This document shows, in pieces, positions 10,185 to 21,004 of a stretch of DNA of 64,000 nucleotides (the first letter of the stretch is position 1; every line of letters starts with the position of its first letter). The DNA comes from Bacteroidales bacterium (GTDB lineage Bacteria; Bacteroidota; Bacteroidia; Bacteroidales; Tenuifilaceae): NCBI GenBank assembly GCA_041656735.1, contig JBBACY010000008.1, positions 4,041 through 68,040 of the forward strand, read 5' to 3'. Made by a program: the position numbers and the translations under genes. The notes below the pieces were generated by a model. That model was not told the origin of the DNA. It worked only from the letters and a program-made list of their open reading frames with translations, and ran no database searches.

Positions 10185-12173
10185 TTAACCTTTAAGAGGT
10201 AATAGGACTGTAACGGTAGTTCCAACTCCCACTGTTGAACTGAAGGATATGCTGCCGTTATGCTCTTCAATTATGCTTTGTGTTATTGATAAGCCGAGCC
10301 CAGTTCCCTTACCAGGATCCTTTGTAGTAAAGAATGGATCGGCTACTCTGTTTATGTTCTCCTCGCTAATACCACATCCACTGTCAGCAATAATCACAAC
10401 AATATTTTTATTTTTTTTACTTGTGGTTATAGCTATGGTGCCCTTGCCCTCGATGGACTGAACAGCATTAGTTAGAATATTTAAAAATGCCTGCTGTATT
10501 TTTCCCTCTTTACATTCGAGCAAAAGAGGTTCGTTCGCAAAATCTTTTCTAACACTTACTCTACCTCCAAGCTCATTCCCAAGCATTATTAGGCAGCTAT
10601 CAATTACTGTATTAATTATAACTCTATTGGTTTTGATATCATCCTTCTTACTATATTGATTTAAACTTTTAACTATGCCAGCAGCTCTTTCAACCCCCAC
10701 ATTAATAATTTCGAGCAGAGGAAAAACCTCTGACGAGTGACCCTCTAGATTACCCTTTACATAGTTTTCAATGGCTAGTGCTCCTCCCTTAATAAAGTTA
10801 AGCGGATTGTTAATTTCATGAGCAACTCCTGCTGCAAGTATTCCGAGCGAAGCCATTTTTTCAGAACTAATCAGCTTATTCTGGGTATCTTTTAATACGG
10901 TGAGAGTTGACTGCAACTCTTCCCTTTGGGTATGCAACTCGTCGTTAATTGCTGTAAGTTCTTCGTTCGCCGCAGCCAGTTCTTCTCTTTGGGTTTGCAG
11001 AATTCTATTTTTCTCTTTAGACCTTTTTATTGACCTAAACGTTTGGAAAACAACTAATAAAAGAAGGAAGACAGAAATTACTGAACCATAGATAACAATT
11101 TTTCGTTGTTTCAAACTAAGGTCTTTTAACTCATTATCGAGCCTTAATCGCTCTATCTCCTCCTCTTTTGCGTTAAGCCCATATAGTATCTGAAAATTCG
11201 CCAGACTCTCATTGAACTTGTCACTACTAATGCTATCGCTTAACTCTTTAAACCTTATATGTTTTTTGATGGCTAAATTCGGATTTCCAAGCATTGTATC
11301 GATTTGAAATGAATGGAAGTAGTACCTCAGCTTGCGGTTATTGTTAGGATAGCGTTGAAGCACTTCCTTTGTTTTGTGATTATACCTTTGTGCGTTTTTT
11401 ATATCACTAAGCTGTATGTATGTATCAGTAAACGAGAGGTAAAGATTGGTTAAAAGCCTAGAGTTTATCTCTATATCATCATAGCTTTGTTCAATCAATT
11501 TGAATATTCCTAGTGCCTTCTCTGACCTGTTTGTAAAGCGATAAACATCGCCAATGTTGTACAAACTGTGTATCTCATTTTGTTTGTCATCAATTTCTTT
11601 TGCCAATTGAAATGTTTCGTTAAAGATAATCAGGGCCGAATCTAGTCTGTTGGTATTGCCATAAATAGAACCCTTGCCTAAAGTAGCCTTAAGTATTATA
11701 TGCTTATCGTTCAAAGCCTTACCGCAATCGAACGCTTCTTCATAGTATTTTAAGCCCAAATCAAATCTCCATGAAAAGTAATAAATATTACCAATCTCGA
11801 GAAGCGTTTGAGCCTTATTAGATTTATCCCCAATATCATCAAACATTGTTAGTGCTTTGGAAAGATTGTTGAGTGCTTCGGAGTTTGCACCCAAGTAGTT
11901 ATAGCACTTTCCTATGGCCAACTGCGACTGTGCAATTAGATTTTTATCCTTTATCGCTTGAGCATCTTTAAAAGCATCCTTTGCAAATAGGATGGCTTGT
12001 TTAATGTCTGAATCTTTAAGCTCATCAACAATTAGTAACTTCAGTCTAACCTGATCTTCGCTTAAGCGGGTAGTGTCAACAAGCATTAGTAAGCTATCCA
12101 CACTTTCTGCGTTAGCAGAATAAGTGATTGAAGTAATGAACAGAATGAGTGCTAAAAAGAATTTTGAAAGCAT
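10185..12173 (-). CDS. TPR-sensor histidine kinase (signal peptide, TPR region, TM, coiled coil, HisKA, HATPase)
   Basis: AGVAHEINNPLNF H-box, NILTNA, DSGCGI, FFTTK, GTGLGL; TPR-like helices in N-terminal half; TM near VIYGSVISVFLLLLVVF. Confidence 0.92.
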   Translation of the reverse strand: MLSKFFLALILFITSITYSANAESVDSLLMLVDTTRLSEDQVRLKLLIVDELKDSDIKQAILFAKDAFKDAQAIKDKNLIAQSQLAIGKCYNYLGANSEALNNLSKALTMFDDIGDKSNKAQTLLEIGNIYYFSWRFDLGLKYYEEAFDCGKALNDKHIILKATLGKGSIYGNTNRLDSALIIFNETFQLAKEIDDKQNEIHSLYNIGDVYRFTNRSEKALGIFKLIEQSYDDIEINSRLLTNLYLSFTDTYIQLSDIKNAQRYNHKTKEVLQRYPNNNRKLRYYFHSFQIDTMLGNPNLAIKKHIRFKELSDSISSDKFNESLANFQILYGLNAKEEEIERLRLDNELKDLSLKQRKIVIYGSVISVFLLLLVVFQTFRSIKRSKEKNRILQTQREELAAANEELTAINDELHTQREELQSTLTVLKDTQNKLISSEKMASLGILAAGVAHEINNPLNFIKGGALAIENYVKGNLEGHSSEVFPLLEIINVGVERAAGIVKSLNQYSKKDDIKTNRVIINTVIDSCLIMLGNELGGRVSVRKDFANEPLLLECKEGKIQQAFLNILTNAVQSIEGKGTIAITTSKKNKNIVVIIADSGCGISEENINRVADPFFTTKDPGKGTGLGLSITQSIIEEHNGSISFSSTVGVGTTVTVLLPLKG

Positions 12174-12469
12174 TTTCGCCCTTTAATTTGGGTAAATAAT
12201 TGTATCTGTAATTCTCTGTTAAGATATAAATTATTCTTTTCAGTAGATATAAATTAAACTAATGTTTTTTCTCTTTTGATGCATGAGAGTTAGAGTTTTT
12301 CTAGAATAGATTTTTAGCTAAGGTATTTTTAGGTAGAGAAAATTTTTCATCTAATTTTCAGAAAACAAAAAACATACAGATAAGATATTTTTAAGATGCT
12401 TTAGTTTAAAATTTATAAGGATGTGATGGAAAATCAACGAGTTAATTTGTGTGTAAATATGTTGTGAGG

Positions 12470-12838
12470 CTAACTTAAGGCGTTAGTTATTGTTGATTCG
12501 ATCTCCTTATTGTTTGAGGGTTTTCTAAAGTACTTGGCAATAAGCCTGTTATCAAGTGCTTCGGATATCTCCTCGGTTATATCATACCCTGTTAAAAGGT
12601 AGAAAATAATATTTGGAAATCGCTCTTTTGCCTTGCCTATAAACTCTAGTCCATCCATCTCTGGCATTCGCATATCGCTAACAACTATTGATATCTGTTG
12701 GTTGTTTTTCAATATTTCGAGCCCTTCAAACCCTGAAAGAGCGGTTGTAACGTTGAATGTGCGTTGAAAGTTAAGTTCAAAGAGTTTAAGGTTTATCGGC
12801 TCGTCATCAACATATAAAACTGATATCATTTTACTCAT
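12470..12838 (-). CDS. Single-domain response regulator, paralogue of 9813-10181
   Basis: 93/122 identical residues to the neighbouring receiver by manual count; DD, D, T and K sites intact. Confidence 0.92.
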   Translation of the reverse strand: MSKMISVLYVDDEPINLKLFELNFQRTFNVTTALSGFEGLEILKNNQQISIVVSDMRMPEMDGLEFIGKAKERFPNIIFYLLTGYDITEEISEALDNRLIAKYFRKPSNNKEIESTITNALS

Positions 12839-12941
12839 AGTTTAACTTTTTCATAGAAAATTGAATGGTAATAGAAGTTTTAACTACCACTTCTTAATCG
12901 AAGAAAATGCTCCTGTTATACTCTTCAATTATATTTTGTGT
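12839..12941 (-). pseudogene. Remnant of a histidine kinase C-terminus
   Basis: Translates TQNIIEEYNRSIFFD*EVVVKTSITIQFSMKK, aligning with TQSIIEEHNGSISFSSTVGVGTTVTVLLPLKG of the 10185-12173 kinase; in-frame TAA at 12894-12896. Confidence 0.72.
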
Positions 12942-13289
12942 TTTTAAAGGGCCATGTTATTATTAATCTGTTATAAAAACAGGCACACTTTATATTTAAC
13001 ACTAAGTTACAACAAATCAGCAAAATAAAAAGGAGAAGAATTTAATATTCTGACGAAGGTTATAAATAATTTGACAAACAGTAAGTTGTGTGTGGTGGTT
13101 TCAATCTTGGCAAGCGTGCGTTTACCTTCCTCAATTTTAATGCTAAGGTTTGCACCTTGCACAATTGTATGTTGGTAGGTAATGTTAATCTCAGTGGAGT
13201 TAACAATTGGGCATTTGGTTATTCTGGATTAAACTATTGCTTGGGATAAAGTTAAAATTTATGTGAGTGCTTGTTGCAGTGTCTAACCC

Positions 13290-13736
13290 CTATGGTAATT
13301 TGATTTCGTTGCCCACTTTAGGTAGAATCACTTCCCCTAGTATGGCTAATCTTTGAATTTTACCGTTGCCCGCATTAGATTGTACAGTAATAGTTCTACT
13401 AATTCTTTGTGGGGTTGGGCTAATTCTAAAGAAAATTTTAATTGTGCCTTTCTGACCGGGCATAATAGGTTCACGTGTCCAGTCGGTTATTCTTGTGCCG
13501 CAGCAACCTGTTACCTGGTTTATTATTAGTGGTAAACTTCCATCGTTGTGTGCTTCAATGCTAATATTCCCTGTTTCTTCGGTAACGCTGTCAACGCTAA
13601 TTGACCCCAGATTTACCTCTGTGGGGGAGAACCGAATAAATGGATTGGTTTTTTTTATATCCTCATCATTAGACTCTTGCGCAAATAAGCCAACGGATAG
13701 TACGATACTCAAAAAAGTTAGAAATACTCTTTTCAT
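13290..13736 (-). CDS. DUF1573 domain-containing exported protein
   Basis: Signal peptide; PLIINQVTGCCGTRITDWTREPIMPGQKGTIKI and RTITVQSNA match the DUF1573 Ig-like pattern. Confidence 0.8.
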   Translation of the reverse strand: MKRVFLTFLSIVLSVGLFAQESNDEDIKKTNPFIRFSPTEVNLGSISVDSVTEETGNISIEAHNDGSLPLIINQVTGCCGTRITDWTREPIMPGQKGTIKIFFRISPTPQRISRTITVQSNAGNGKIQRLAILGEVILPKVGNEIKLP

Positions 13737-13823
13737 AGTTCAAATATATTACATTTTTAGTGCGATAAAATTATCTATTTGTTTGGATACTCCAGCTCTC
13801 TTTAACTAAAATTATGCCAAAAT

Positions 13824-14974
13824 TTAATATACCACATTTCGTGGTATGTTGCCTGGCAAACGAGCGAGGGTTTGGTAATTAAGCTGGTTGCTCATTTCGC
13901 TGAAAGAAGCAATGCTTATGTTAAGCCTATTCTGCTTACCTATAAGTACAACCTCGTCGCCAAGCTGAACGTTCGGGATATCGGTTACGTTACGTTCATA
14001 GTGTTCATAGTTACGGTGCCAACTACGGGTACTCTTTTCCCTCTAATTAGTACTCGCCCCATATTACTTAGCGAGCGGCTAAACCCGTTTGTGTACCCAA
14101 CAGGTATAATGGCTATTTTTACTTTTTTATTGGCCATATACGAGGTGCCATAACCAACAAAATCTCCCGAGTCAACTTCTTTAATACTCATAATTCGAGT
14201 TTTCCATGATATTACTCTCTTCAAATCCGAGTCTTTAGCCTGATTTCTCTTAAACTGATATATAAAAGTTTCTTGGGTAGGCCAAAAACCATATTGCGAA
14301 ATGCCAATACGTACCATATCCATTATGGTTTGAGGGTAAGTTAGCGAGGCGGCCGAACCAGCGGTATGTTTAAAGCGTGGTTTTAGTTCATGCCTAGTAA
14401 GGTACCGGTGAAACTGCCGATAGTTTTTTATCTGGTTTATAACCCTATAATGATTTGTAATGCTTTCTGCTCCAGCGTAATGGGTGCAAAGCCCTTCAAG
14501 CATTAAATGGTCTTGATTATCCTTTATGAAGTTTACTACCTCTGGCATTTTTTCGTACTCAAACCCAGTCCTATTAAACCCTGTTTCGGCTTCGATGTGA
14601 ATTCGGGCAGGCTTTCTAATGGCTGCCGCCAATTCCACGGCTTTTTCTAACCGTTCCATATCAAAAACATAAAACTCAATCTCATTCTCAATAGCCCACT
14701 CAAGTTGCTCATCATTAAGGTATCCCATAATCATAATGTCCGATTTAGGGTTGGCTACATTAAAAACATCAAGTGCTTCGCTAGCCGAGAATACCGAGAA
14801 ATGGTTAATCTTAGCCTTTTCGGCCAATGGTACAATTATGTTTACCCCGTGCCCGTATGCATTTCCCTTAACAACCGACGAGATGCGAACATCCTTGCCA
14901 ACTATTTTTCGTAAATACTTAATATTGTGATTGTAGGCCGACTTACTTATTTCGATATATGATGTTTGATCCAT
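13824..14974 (-). pseudogene. alr: Alanine racemase-family gene with a single-base frameshift near 13990
   Basis: VVKGNAYGHG PLP-Lys motif, EAETGFNRTG, MVRIGI, VGYGTSY. Frame stops at 13985; the shifted frame continues VTDIPNVQLGDEVVLIG...ARLPGNIPRNVVY to TAA 13824-13826. Span 1151 nt, one short of 384 codons. Confidence 0.85.
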
Positions 14975-15026
14975 CTATTACGTTGTGTTTTTGTTTCATT
15001 AAAAAAAGAATGCTTTTGAAGAGCGA

Positions 15027-16175
15027 TTAGGTGAGGAGTTTCTTTACAATTTGTAGAAATACGCTTACCGAAGGCTCAATAATTTCATCGGGAAAATCGT
15101 AATCCTCGTTGTGGAGCTGCGGATGGTTTACACCCGAACCAACGCCAAAAAGAGCCGCTTTGCTAATCTGTGTAAAATGGCCAAAATCTTCGCTCCACCT
15201 AAACGGATTTTCAAGAAACTGATTTCCAAGCCCTAACTCGGTTGCAGCTGTTTTTATTAGGTCAACGCACTCCTCGTTATTTATGGTTGCCGGAAACTCT
15301 TCTACGTAAGCAACACTATGCTTAAGCTTATGTTCTTTACAAACTGAGGAAATGTGGTTTTCAACCATTTTTTTCAGTGTGCTCATGTCCGAGTCTAGAT
15401 AGGTTCTAAGCGTTGCCATAAGCGTTGCATTGCCAGGCGTGGTGCCAAAGGCTACCTCTCCGAGCTTGGCGTGAATTACTGTTAGAAGTGCAAAATCGTT
15501 AAATGCTTCCTTGTCGCGGGCAATGTAATTTAAGCCTAGTATCATTTGTGCTAAGGCTTTATCTGGGTTGTTTCCGTCTTCAGGATGAGCCGCATGTGAT
15601 GAAAGTCCTTTGATATTGGCAACTAGTCCGGTTGAGGCTGAAGCGAATGTACTATTTCGCAAGAAAATTTCACCCTTTTTTAATCCTGGAAGATTGTGCA
15701 GTGCGAAAGCATAATCGGGTTTAATATGCTCAAACTTTGGGTCGGCAATAACGGCTGCAGCACCCTGACCCGTTTCTTCGGCTGGTTGAAATAGAAGCAC
15801 TAATCTCCCTTTCGAAATGGGTGACTGCCCTAACGAATGGGCAACACCAGCCAGAATGGCCGAATGGCCATCGTGACCGCACAAGTGGGCAACACCTTTA
15901 ACTGTAGATTTATAACTAAAACTGTTCGATTCCTGAATGGGAAGCGCATCCATATCGGCCCTGAGCAGAACCGTTGGGCCTGCATTATTGCCGTTATAGA
16001 TAAAGGCAACCCCATGTCCGCCTATGTCAGTAACAACCTCTGATGGGTTTGTTGGGGCAATAAAATCAATAATGGTTTTGCTTGTTGTGCTTTCGTTTCC
16101 AGATAGTTCGGGGAAACGATGCAATTGACGACGAAATTGGGTTAGCTTGTTAAGCAGGTCTTTTTGTAAAGGCAT
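15027..16175 (-). CDS. M20D-family amidohydrolase
   Basis: LHRFPELSGNE, LRADMDALP, HLCGHDGH, FQPAEETG, SEDFG, LHNEDYDF. Confidence 0.92.
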   Translation of the reverse strand: MPLQKDLLNKLTQFRRQLHRFPELSGNESTTSKTIIDFIAPTNPSEVVTDIGGHGVAFIYNGNNAGPTVLLRADMDALPIQESNSFSYKSTVKGVAHLCGHDGHSAILAGVAHSLGQSPISKGRLVLLFQPAEETGQGAAAVIADPKFEHIKPDYAFALHNLPGLKKGEIFLRNSTFASASTGLVANIKGLSSHAAHPEDGNNPDKALAQMILGLNYIARDKEAFNDFALLTVIHAKLGEVAFGTTPGNATLMATLRTYLDSDMSTLKKMVENHISSVCKEHKLKHSVAYVEEFPATINNEECVDLIKTAATELGLGNQFLENPFRWSEDFGHFTQISKAALFGVGSGVNHPQLHNEDYDFPDEIIEPSVSVFLQIVKKLLT

Positions 16176-16454
16176 AAGCAGTATCCTATTTTAAATTGCA
16201 AAGTACTCTTTTTTAGAGAGAGAGCAAAATAGGTTTTATACAACTTCGTTGGTTATATGCTGAATTACAGCAACTTAAGTCTAGTGTTAATTAATACAAA
16301 TTTTGAGGTGATACAATTTTTTGTAACATTATTTTGTGGGTTTAACTCGAATTTTACCACAGCATTGCCTGGTTTGATTTTAATAACCAAACAAAAGCCA
16401 TAACTTACTTGTTATCTATATATTATAATTTTTTTATAAAAACATTAGAGATAT

Positions 16455-17126
16455 ATGAAAACATTAGCAATCATTACATTACTAATTGGAGGCTTTGGTA
16501 TTAACGCACAAAGTCAATTTGCATTTCCCGAACTCGGCTATAGCTACGATGCGCTGGAGGCTTTTATTGACAAAACCACAATGGAGATACACTACACCCG
16601 CCACCACAAGGCTTATTTTAACAATTTTGTAAAAGCTGCCGATGAGCTTAAACTAAACGGAATGGGTATGGAGGCAATATTTAGCCAAGTGAGTAAGTAC
16701 CCCACATCCGTTCGGAATAATGGAGGAGGGTATTTTAACCATAAACTATTCTGGGAGGTAATGTCGCCCGCAGGCGGTGGCAATCCTAGCCCAAAACTAA
16801 TGAAAGCCATTGAGAACGATTTTGGCTCGCTTGATGCATTTAAATATGAGTTTGAAGTGGCCGCTAAAGGACAGTTCGGTAGCGGTTGGGCTTGGCTTTC
16901 AGTTGATAATGAAGGAAGCCTGTTCGTGTCGAACACTCCAAATCAGGATAATCCGCTAATGGATGTGGTTGAGAAACGCGGAATGCCAATTCTGGCGCTC
17001 GATGTGTGGGAGCATGCTTACTATCTGCACTATCAGAATAAACGGGGTGATTACGTAGGAAACTTTTGGAAAGTGGTTGACTGGAAAGAGGTGGAGAAAA
17101 AGTATAACGAGGCGAATAATAAATAG
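16455..17126 (+). CDS. Fe/Mn superoxide dismutase with N-terminal signal peptide
   Basis: HYTRHH, NNGGG.NH, FGSGWAWL, NQDNP, DVWEHAYY; hydrophobic leader MKTLAIITLLIGGFGINA. Confidence 0.95.
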   Translation: MKTLAIITLLIGGFGINAQSQFAFPELGYSYDALEAFIDKTTMEIHYTRHHKAYFNNFVKAADELKLNGMGMEAIFSQVSKYPTSVRNNGGGYFNHKLFWEVMSPAGGGNPSPKLMKAIENDFGSLDAFKYEFEVAAKGQFGSGWAWLSVDNEGSLFVSNTPNQDNPLMDVVEKRGMPILALDVWEHAYYLHYQNKRGDYVGNFWKVVDWKEVEKKYNEANNK

Positions 17127-17151
17127 TATATCCTCTTTGTTTTAAATACTT

Positions 17152-17183
17152 AAGGGAACTGGCATAAGTCATTTCCCTTTTTT
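17152..17183 (+). terminator. Intrinsic terminator after SOD
   Basis: AAGGGAACTGGC-ATAA-GTCATTTCCCTT followed by a T-run. Confidence 0.65.
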
Positions 17184-17357
17184 AGTGATTGGTTTGAGGA
17201 TGTGTCCGACTGCAATTATTGGAACTGATTTTAAACCATATTTCCAGTTATCTAAATACAAACGATAGTATTGTGAAAATTATTTCTCTGTACAGTTCAT
17301 CCTGTGTTTCTCAATCTCAAGAAACGAATTATCTTTGCGCCTCATTTAAAAAACGAT

Positions 17358-18995
17358 ATGATTTCAGTTGACGGGTTAACGGTTGAGTTTGGGGGCACAA
17401 CTCTCTTTAAGGACATCTCTTTTGCAATAAACGAAAAAGACAGGATTGCATTAATGGGAAAGAATGGAGCGGGAAAATCGACCCTCCTAAAAATAATTGC
17501 AGGTGAACGAAAACCATCAAATGGTAGAATTACAGCCCCAAAGGATGCGGTAATTGCCTACCTGCCACAGCACTTGATTACAGAAAACAAGCGAACAGTG
17601 TTTGAGGAAGCATCGCAGGCTTTTGCAGAACTTTTTACTATGAAACGTGAGATTGATGAGTTCAACCAGCAGCTTACCACTCGAACCGACTACGAATCCG
17701 AAGAGTACTTCAAAATAATTGAGCAAGTATCGGCGCTAAGCGAGAAATATTACACCATTGAAGAAATTAATTTTGATGCCGAGGTTGAGAAAATTCTTTT
17801 AGGTCTTGGTTTTCTGCGTCAGGATTTTACTCGTCCCACCAGCGAATTTAGCGGTGGGTGGCGTATGCGTATTGAACTTGCTAAGATACTACTACAAAAA
17901 CCCGACCTTATCCTTCTCGATGAGCCTACCAACCACATGGACATTGAGTCGGTGCAATGGCTTGAGGAGTTTTTAGTTAGCAGCGCAAAGGCAGTAATCG
18001 TTATTTCGCACGATAGAACTTTTGTTGATAATATTACCAGTCGAACCATTGAACTAACTATGGGCAAGGCCTACGATTATAAGGTAAACTACTCAAGTTA
18101 CCTGCAACTTAGGTATGAACGCAGAGAGCAGCAGCAAAAGCACTTCGATGAGCAGCAGAAAATGATTGCCGATAACCGTGAGTTTATTGAGCGATTTAAG
18201 GGAACTTACTCTAAAACCAACCAAGTTCAATCGAGGGTTAGGATGCTTGAGAAGCTCGATATACTTGAAGTTGACGAAGAGGATTCATCGGCCCTAAACC
18301 TTAGGTTTCCGCCCGCACCCCGCTCGGGAAACTGGCCTGTTGTTGCCGATGACGTTTCTAAAAACTATGGCGATATCCAAGTGTTTTCAAACGCATCATT
18401 CTCCATTGCACGGGGCGAAAAAGTTGCCTTTGTTGGCCGCAATGGCGAGGGTAAATCGACTATGGTAAAAGCTATAATGAGCGAAATTGACTTTCAAGGA
18501 AAATTGGCCATAGGGCATAACGTTAAAATTGGCTACTTTGCTCAAAATCAGGCCTCACTGCTTAACGAGGATTTAACAATTTTTCAAACCATTGATGATG
18601 TTGCCGTTGGTGACATCCGCACGAAGATTAAGGACATTTTAGGAGCATTCATGTTTAGCGGCGATAATACCTCTAAAAAAGTAAAGGTGCTTTCGGGTGG
18701 TGAGAGAACACGCCTTGCTATGATAAAGTTATTGCTCGAGCCAGTAAACCTTTTAATTCTCGATGAGCCTACTAATCACCTAGATATGCGAACAAAGGAT
18801 ATTTTAAAGGATGCGTTAACCGATTACGACGGAACGTTGATTCTTGTGTCGCACGATCGAGATTTTTTAGATGGTTTGGCAACAAAGGTTTTTGAGTTTG
18901 GTAACCAAATGGTAAAAGAGCACTTCTCCGATATTAAGGGTTTTCTTGCAATGAAAAAGATGGAAAACCTGAAGGAGATTGAACGCAAAGGGTAA
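17358..18995 (+). CDS. ABC-F family ATP-binding protein
   Basis: Two ABC domains (GKNGAGKST, FSGGWRMR, LLDEPTNH; GRNGEGKST, LSGGE, LDEPTNH), no TM segments. Start placed at ATG 17358 because promoter TATCTTTG at 17330-17337 lies inside the longer ORF call. Confidence 0.93.
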   Translation: MISVDGLTVEFGGTTLFKDISFAINEKDRIALMGKNGAGKSTLLKIIAGERKPSNGRITAPKDAVIAYLPQHLITENKRTVFEEASQAFAELFTMKREIDEFNQQLTTRTDYESEEYFKIIEQVSALSEKYYTIEEINFDAEVEKILLGLGFLRQDFTRPTSEFSGGWRMRIELAKILLQKPDLILLDEPTNHMDIESVQWLEEFLVSSAKAVIVISHDRTFVDNITSRTIELTMGKAYDYKVNYSSYLQLRYERREQQQKHFDEQQKMIADNREFIERFKGTYSKTNQVQSRVRMLEKLDILEVDEEDSSALNLRFPPAPRSGNWPVVADDVSKNYGDIQVFSNASFSIARGEKVAFVGRNGEGKSTMVKAIMSEIDFQGKLAIGHNVKIGYFAQNQASLLNEDLTIFQTIDDVAVGDIRTKIKDILGAFMFSGDNTSKKVKVLSGGERTRLAMIKLLLEPVNLLILDEPTNHLDMRTKDILKDALTDYDGTLILVSHDRDFLDGLATKVFEFGNQMVKEHFSDIKGFLAMKKMENLKEIERKG

Positions 18996-19283
18996 CAATG
19001 GTAACATCATTGCTGCTAAACGCTTTTTTACGACCAAAACTCAACAGTCTGTTATTCAGAACGGAACGTAGTGACGCAAAGAATCTGTAATAAAAATAAT
19101 GTTTTTATCGGACAACAAACAATGTTAATTTATATTTGTTACTGTTCATAAAACAATCACTATTTGTAGAATAGTGTAACCAAATATAGCCTGAATTTGG
19201 TTTGTATTAGTTTTTTGTTGCTACATTTGTTCTCGCGATTCGAATATGCCAGAATCGTTTTAACTATTTAAATTTTGAAAACG

Positions 19284-20900
19284 ATGAAACAGATTGATCT
19301 TTCGCCTTACGGTATTGGGGAAGCCAAAGAGGTTTTTTATAACCCCAGCTACGATTTGTTATATAAGCATGAAACCGACCCTTCGCTTAAAGGCTACGAA
19401 AAGGGATACCTAACTAATTTAGGTGCCATAAATGTTGATACGGGTATCTTTACCGGTCGTTCACCCAAGGATAAATATATTGTTGAGGAGCCCAACTCTC
19501 AGAATAATGTGTGGTGGGCAGAGAAGGGTAAAAAAAGTTCCGATAATAAGCCAATTACCCCCGAAATTTGGGAGCATTTAAAAGAAATTAGCGCTAAGCA
19601 GCTTACTGGTAAAAAACTCTATGTTGTTGATGCATACGCTGGAGCCAATAAGGATACACGCCTCAATGTAAGGTTTATTATGGAAGTAGCTTGGCAGGCT
19701 CACTTTATTAAAAATATGTTTATTAGGCCAAGCGAGGAGGAACTGGAGAATTTTAAACCCGACTTTGTTGTTATGGTAGCTTCAAAAACCAGTAACACTA
19801 AATGGAAGGAGCAAAACCTAAACAGCGAGGTTTACGTTGCATTTCACCTCACTGAGCGTATGGCTGTTATTGGCGGAAGCTGGTACGGTGGCGAGATGAA
19901 AAAAGGAATCTTCTCGGTAATGAACTACTATCTACCATTAAAAGGGATGGCAGCAATGCATTGTAGTGCCAATGTGGGTAAAAATGGTGATGTTGCTATT
20001 TTCTTCGGCCTATCGGGAACAGGAAAAACTACTCTTTCGGCAGACCCTAACCGTGCACTTATTGGCGACGATGAGCATGGATGGGACGATGAGGGTATCT
20101 TTAATTTTGAGGGTGGATGCTATGCCAAATGTATTGATCTTGACCCAGAGAAAGAGCCCGATATTTATGCAGCCATAAAGCGCGATGCGCTTTTGGAGAA
20201 TTTAGTGGTTGATGAGAAAGGTAATATCGATTTTGCCTCAAAAGAAAAAACAGAGAACACTAGGGTATCATATCCAATATATCATATTAATAACATTGTA
20301 AAACCTGTTTCAAAAGCTGGGCATGCACAAAAGGTTATATTCCTTACCGCCGATGCCTTTGGAGTGTTACCTCCAGTTGCTAAACTTACCGAGGACCAAA
20401 CACAGTATCATTTCTTAAGTGGTTTTACCTCTAAATTAGCCGGAACAGAAGTGGGTGTAAAAGAGCCTCAGCCAACATTTAGCAGCTGTTTTGGTCAGGC
20501 ATTCTTGTTGCTTCACCCAACAGCATACTCGCGCGAGTTGGTTAAAAAAATGGTAAAGAATGGTTCAAAAGCCTATCTGGTTAACACTGGTTGGATTGGC
20601 GGAGCTTACGGAGTAGGTAACAGAATTGATTTGCCTGCAACGCGTGCAATTATCAACTCAATTCTTGATGGAAGTATAGAGAATGCGGAGTTCGAGACCA
20701 TGCCTATATTTAATCTGCAAATACCTAAGGCCATTAAGGGGGTCGATACCAAGTTTTTGAACCCAAGAAATAGCTGGCCTAACCCTGCTGGCTGGGATGA
20801 GGCAGCAAAAGAACTTGCCAAGAGGTTTATTGCGAATTTCGAAAACTTTACCGATAACGAAGCCGGTAAAAACCTTATTAAAGCGGGACCACAATTGTAA
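19284..20900 (+). CDS. pckA: Phosphoenolpyruvate carboxykinase (ATP)
   Basis: [46 protein letters not shown]; ATG 19284 (ORF track starts at TTG 19275); promoter TACATTTG at 19222-19229. Confidence 0.97.
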   Translation: MKQIDLSPYGIGEAKEVFYNPSYDLLYKHETDPSLKGYEKGYLTNLGAINVDTGIFTGRSPKDKYIVEEPNSQNNVWWAEKGKKSSDNKPITPEIWEHLKEISAKQLTGKKLYVVDAYAGANKDTRLNVRFIMEVAWQAHFIKNMFIRPSEEELENFKPDFVVMVASKTSNTKWKEQNLNSEVYVAFHLTERMAVIGGSWYGGEMKKGIFSVMNYYLPLKGMAAMHCSANVGKNGDVAIFFGLSGTGKTTLSADPNRALIGDDEHGWDDEGIFNFEGGCYAKCIDLDPEKEPDIYAAIKRDALLENLVVDEKGNIDFASKEKTENTRVSYPIYHINNIVKPVSKAGHAQKVIFLTADAFGVLPPVAKLTEDQTQYHFLSGFTSKLAGTEVGVKEPQPTFSSCFGQAFLLLHPTAYSRELVKKMVKNGSKAYLVNTGWIGGAYGVGNRIDLPATRAIINSILDGSIENAEFETMPIFNLQIPKAIKGVDTKFLNPRNSWPNPAGWDEAAKELAKRFIANFENFTDNEAGKNLIKAGPQL

Positions 20901-20952
20901 GTTGCAACTTTTTGTTAACTTTGGGTGTGTTAATATTAAATGGTACAAGAAT

Positions 20953-20982
20953 AAAAAAAAGGGGCTTTCGGCCCCTTTTCTT
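20953..20982. terminator. Bidirectional intrinsic terminator between pckA and the M3 peptidase
   Basis: A8-GGGGC-TTTCG-GCCCC-TTTTCTT between convergent genes. Confidence 0.8.
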
Positions 20983-21004
20983 ATTATATCTTAGTTCGCG
21001 AGAA

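Noticed and set aside
13030-13285. Coding-looking minus-strand stretch (NSTEINITYQHTIVQGANLSIKIEEGK...)
   Set aside because: No in-frame start, stop just upstream and no recognisable family; cannot be separated from chance.
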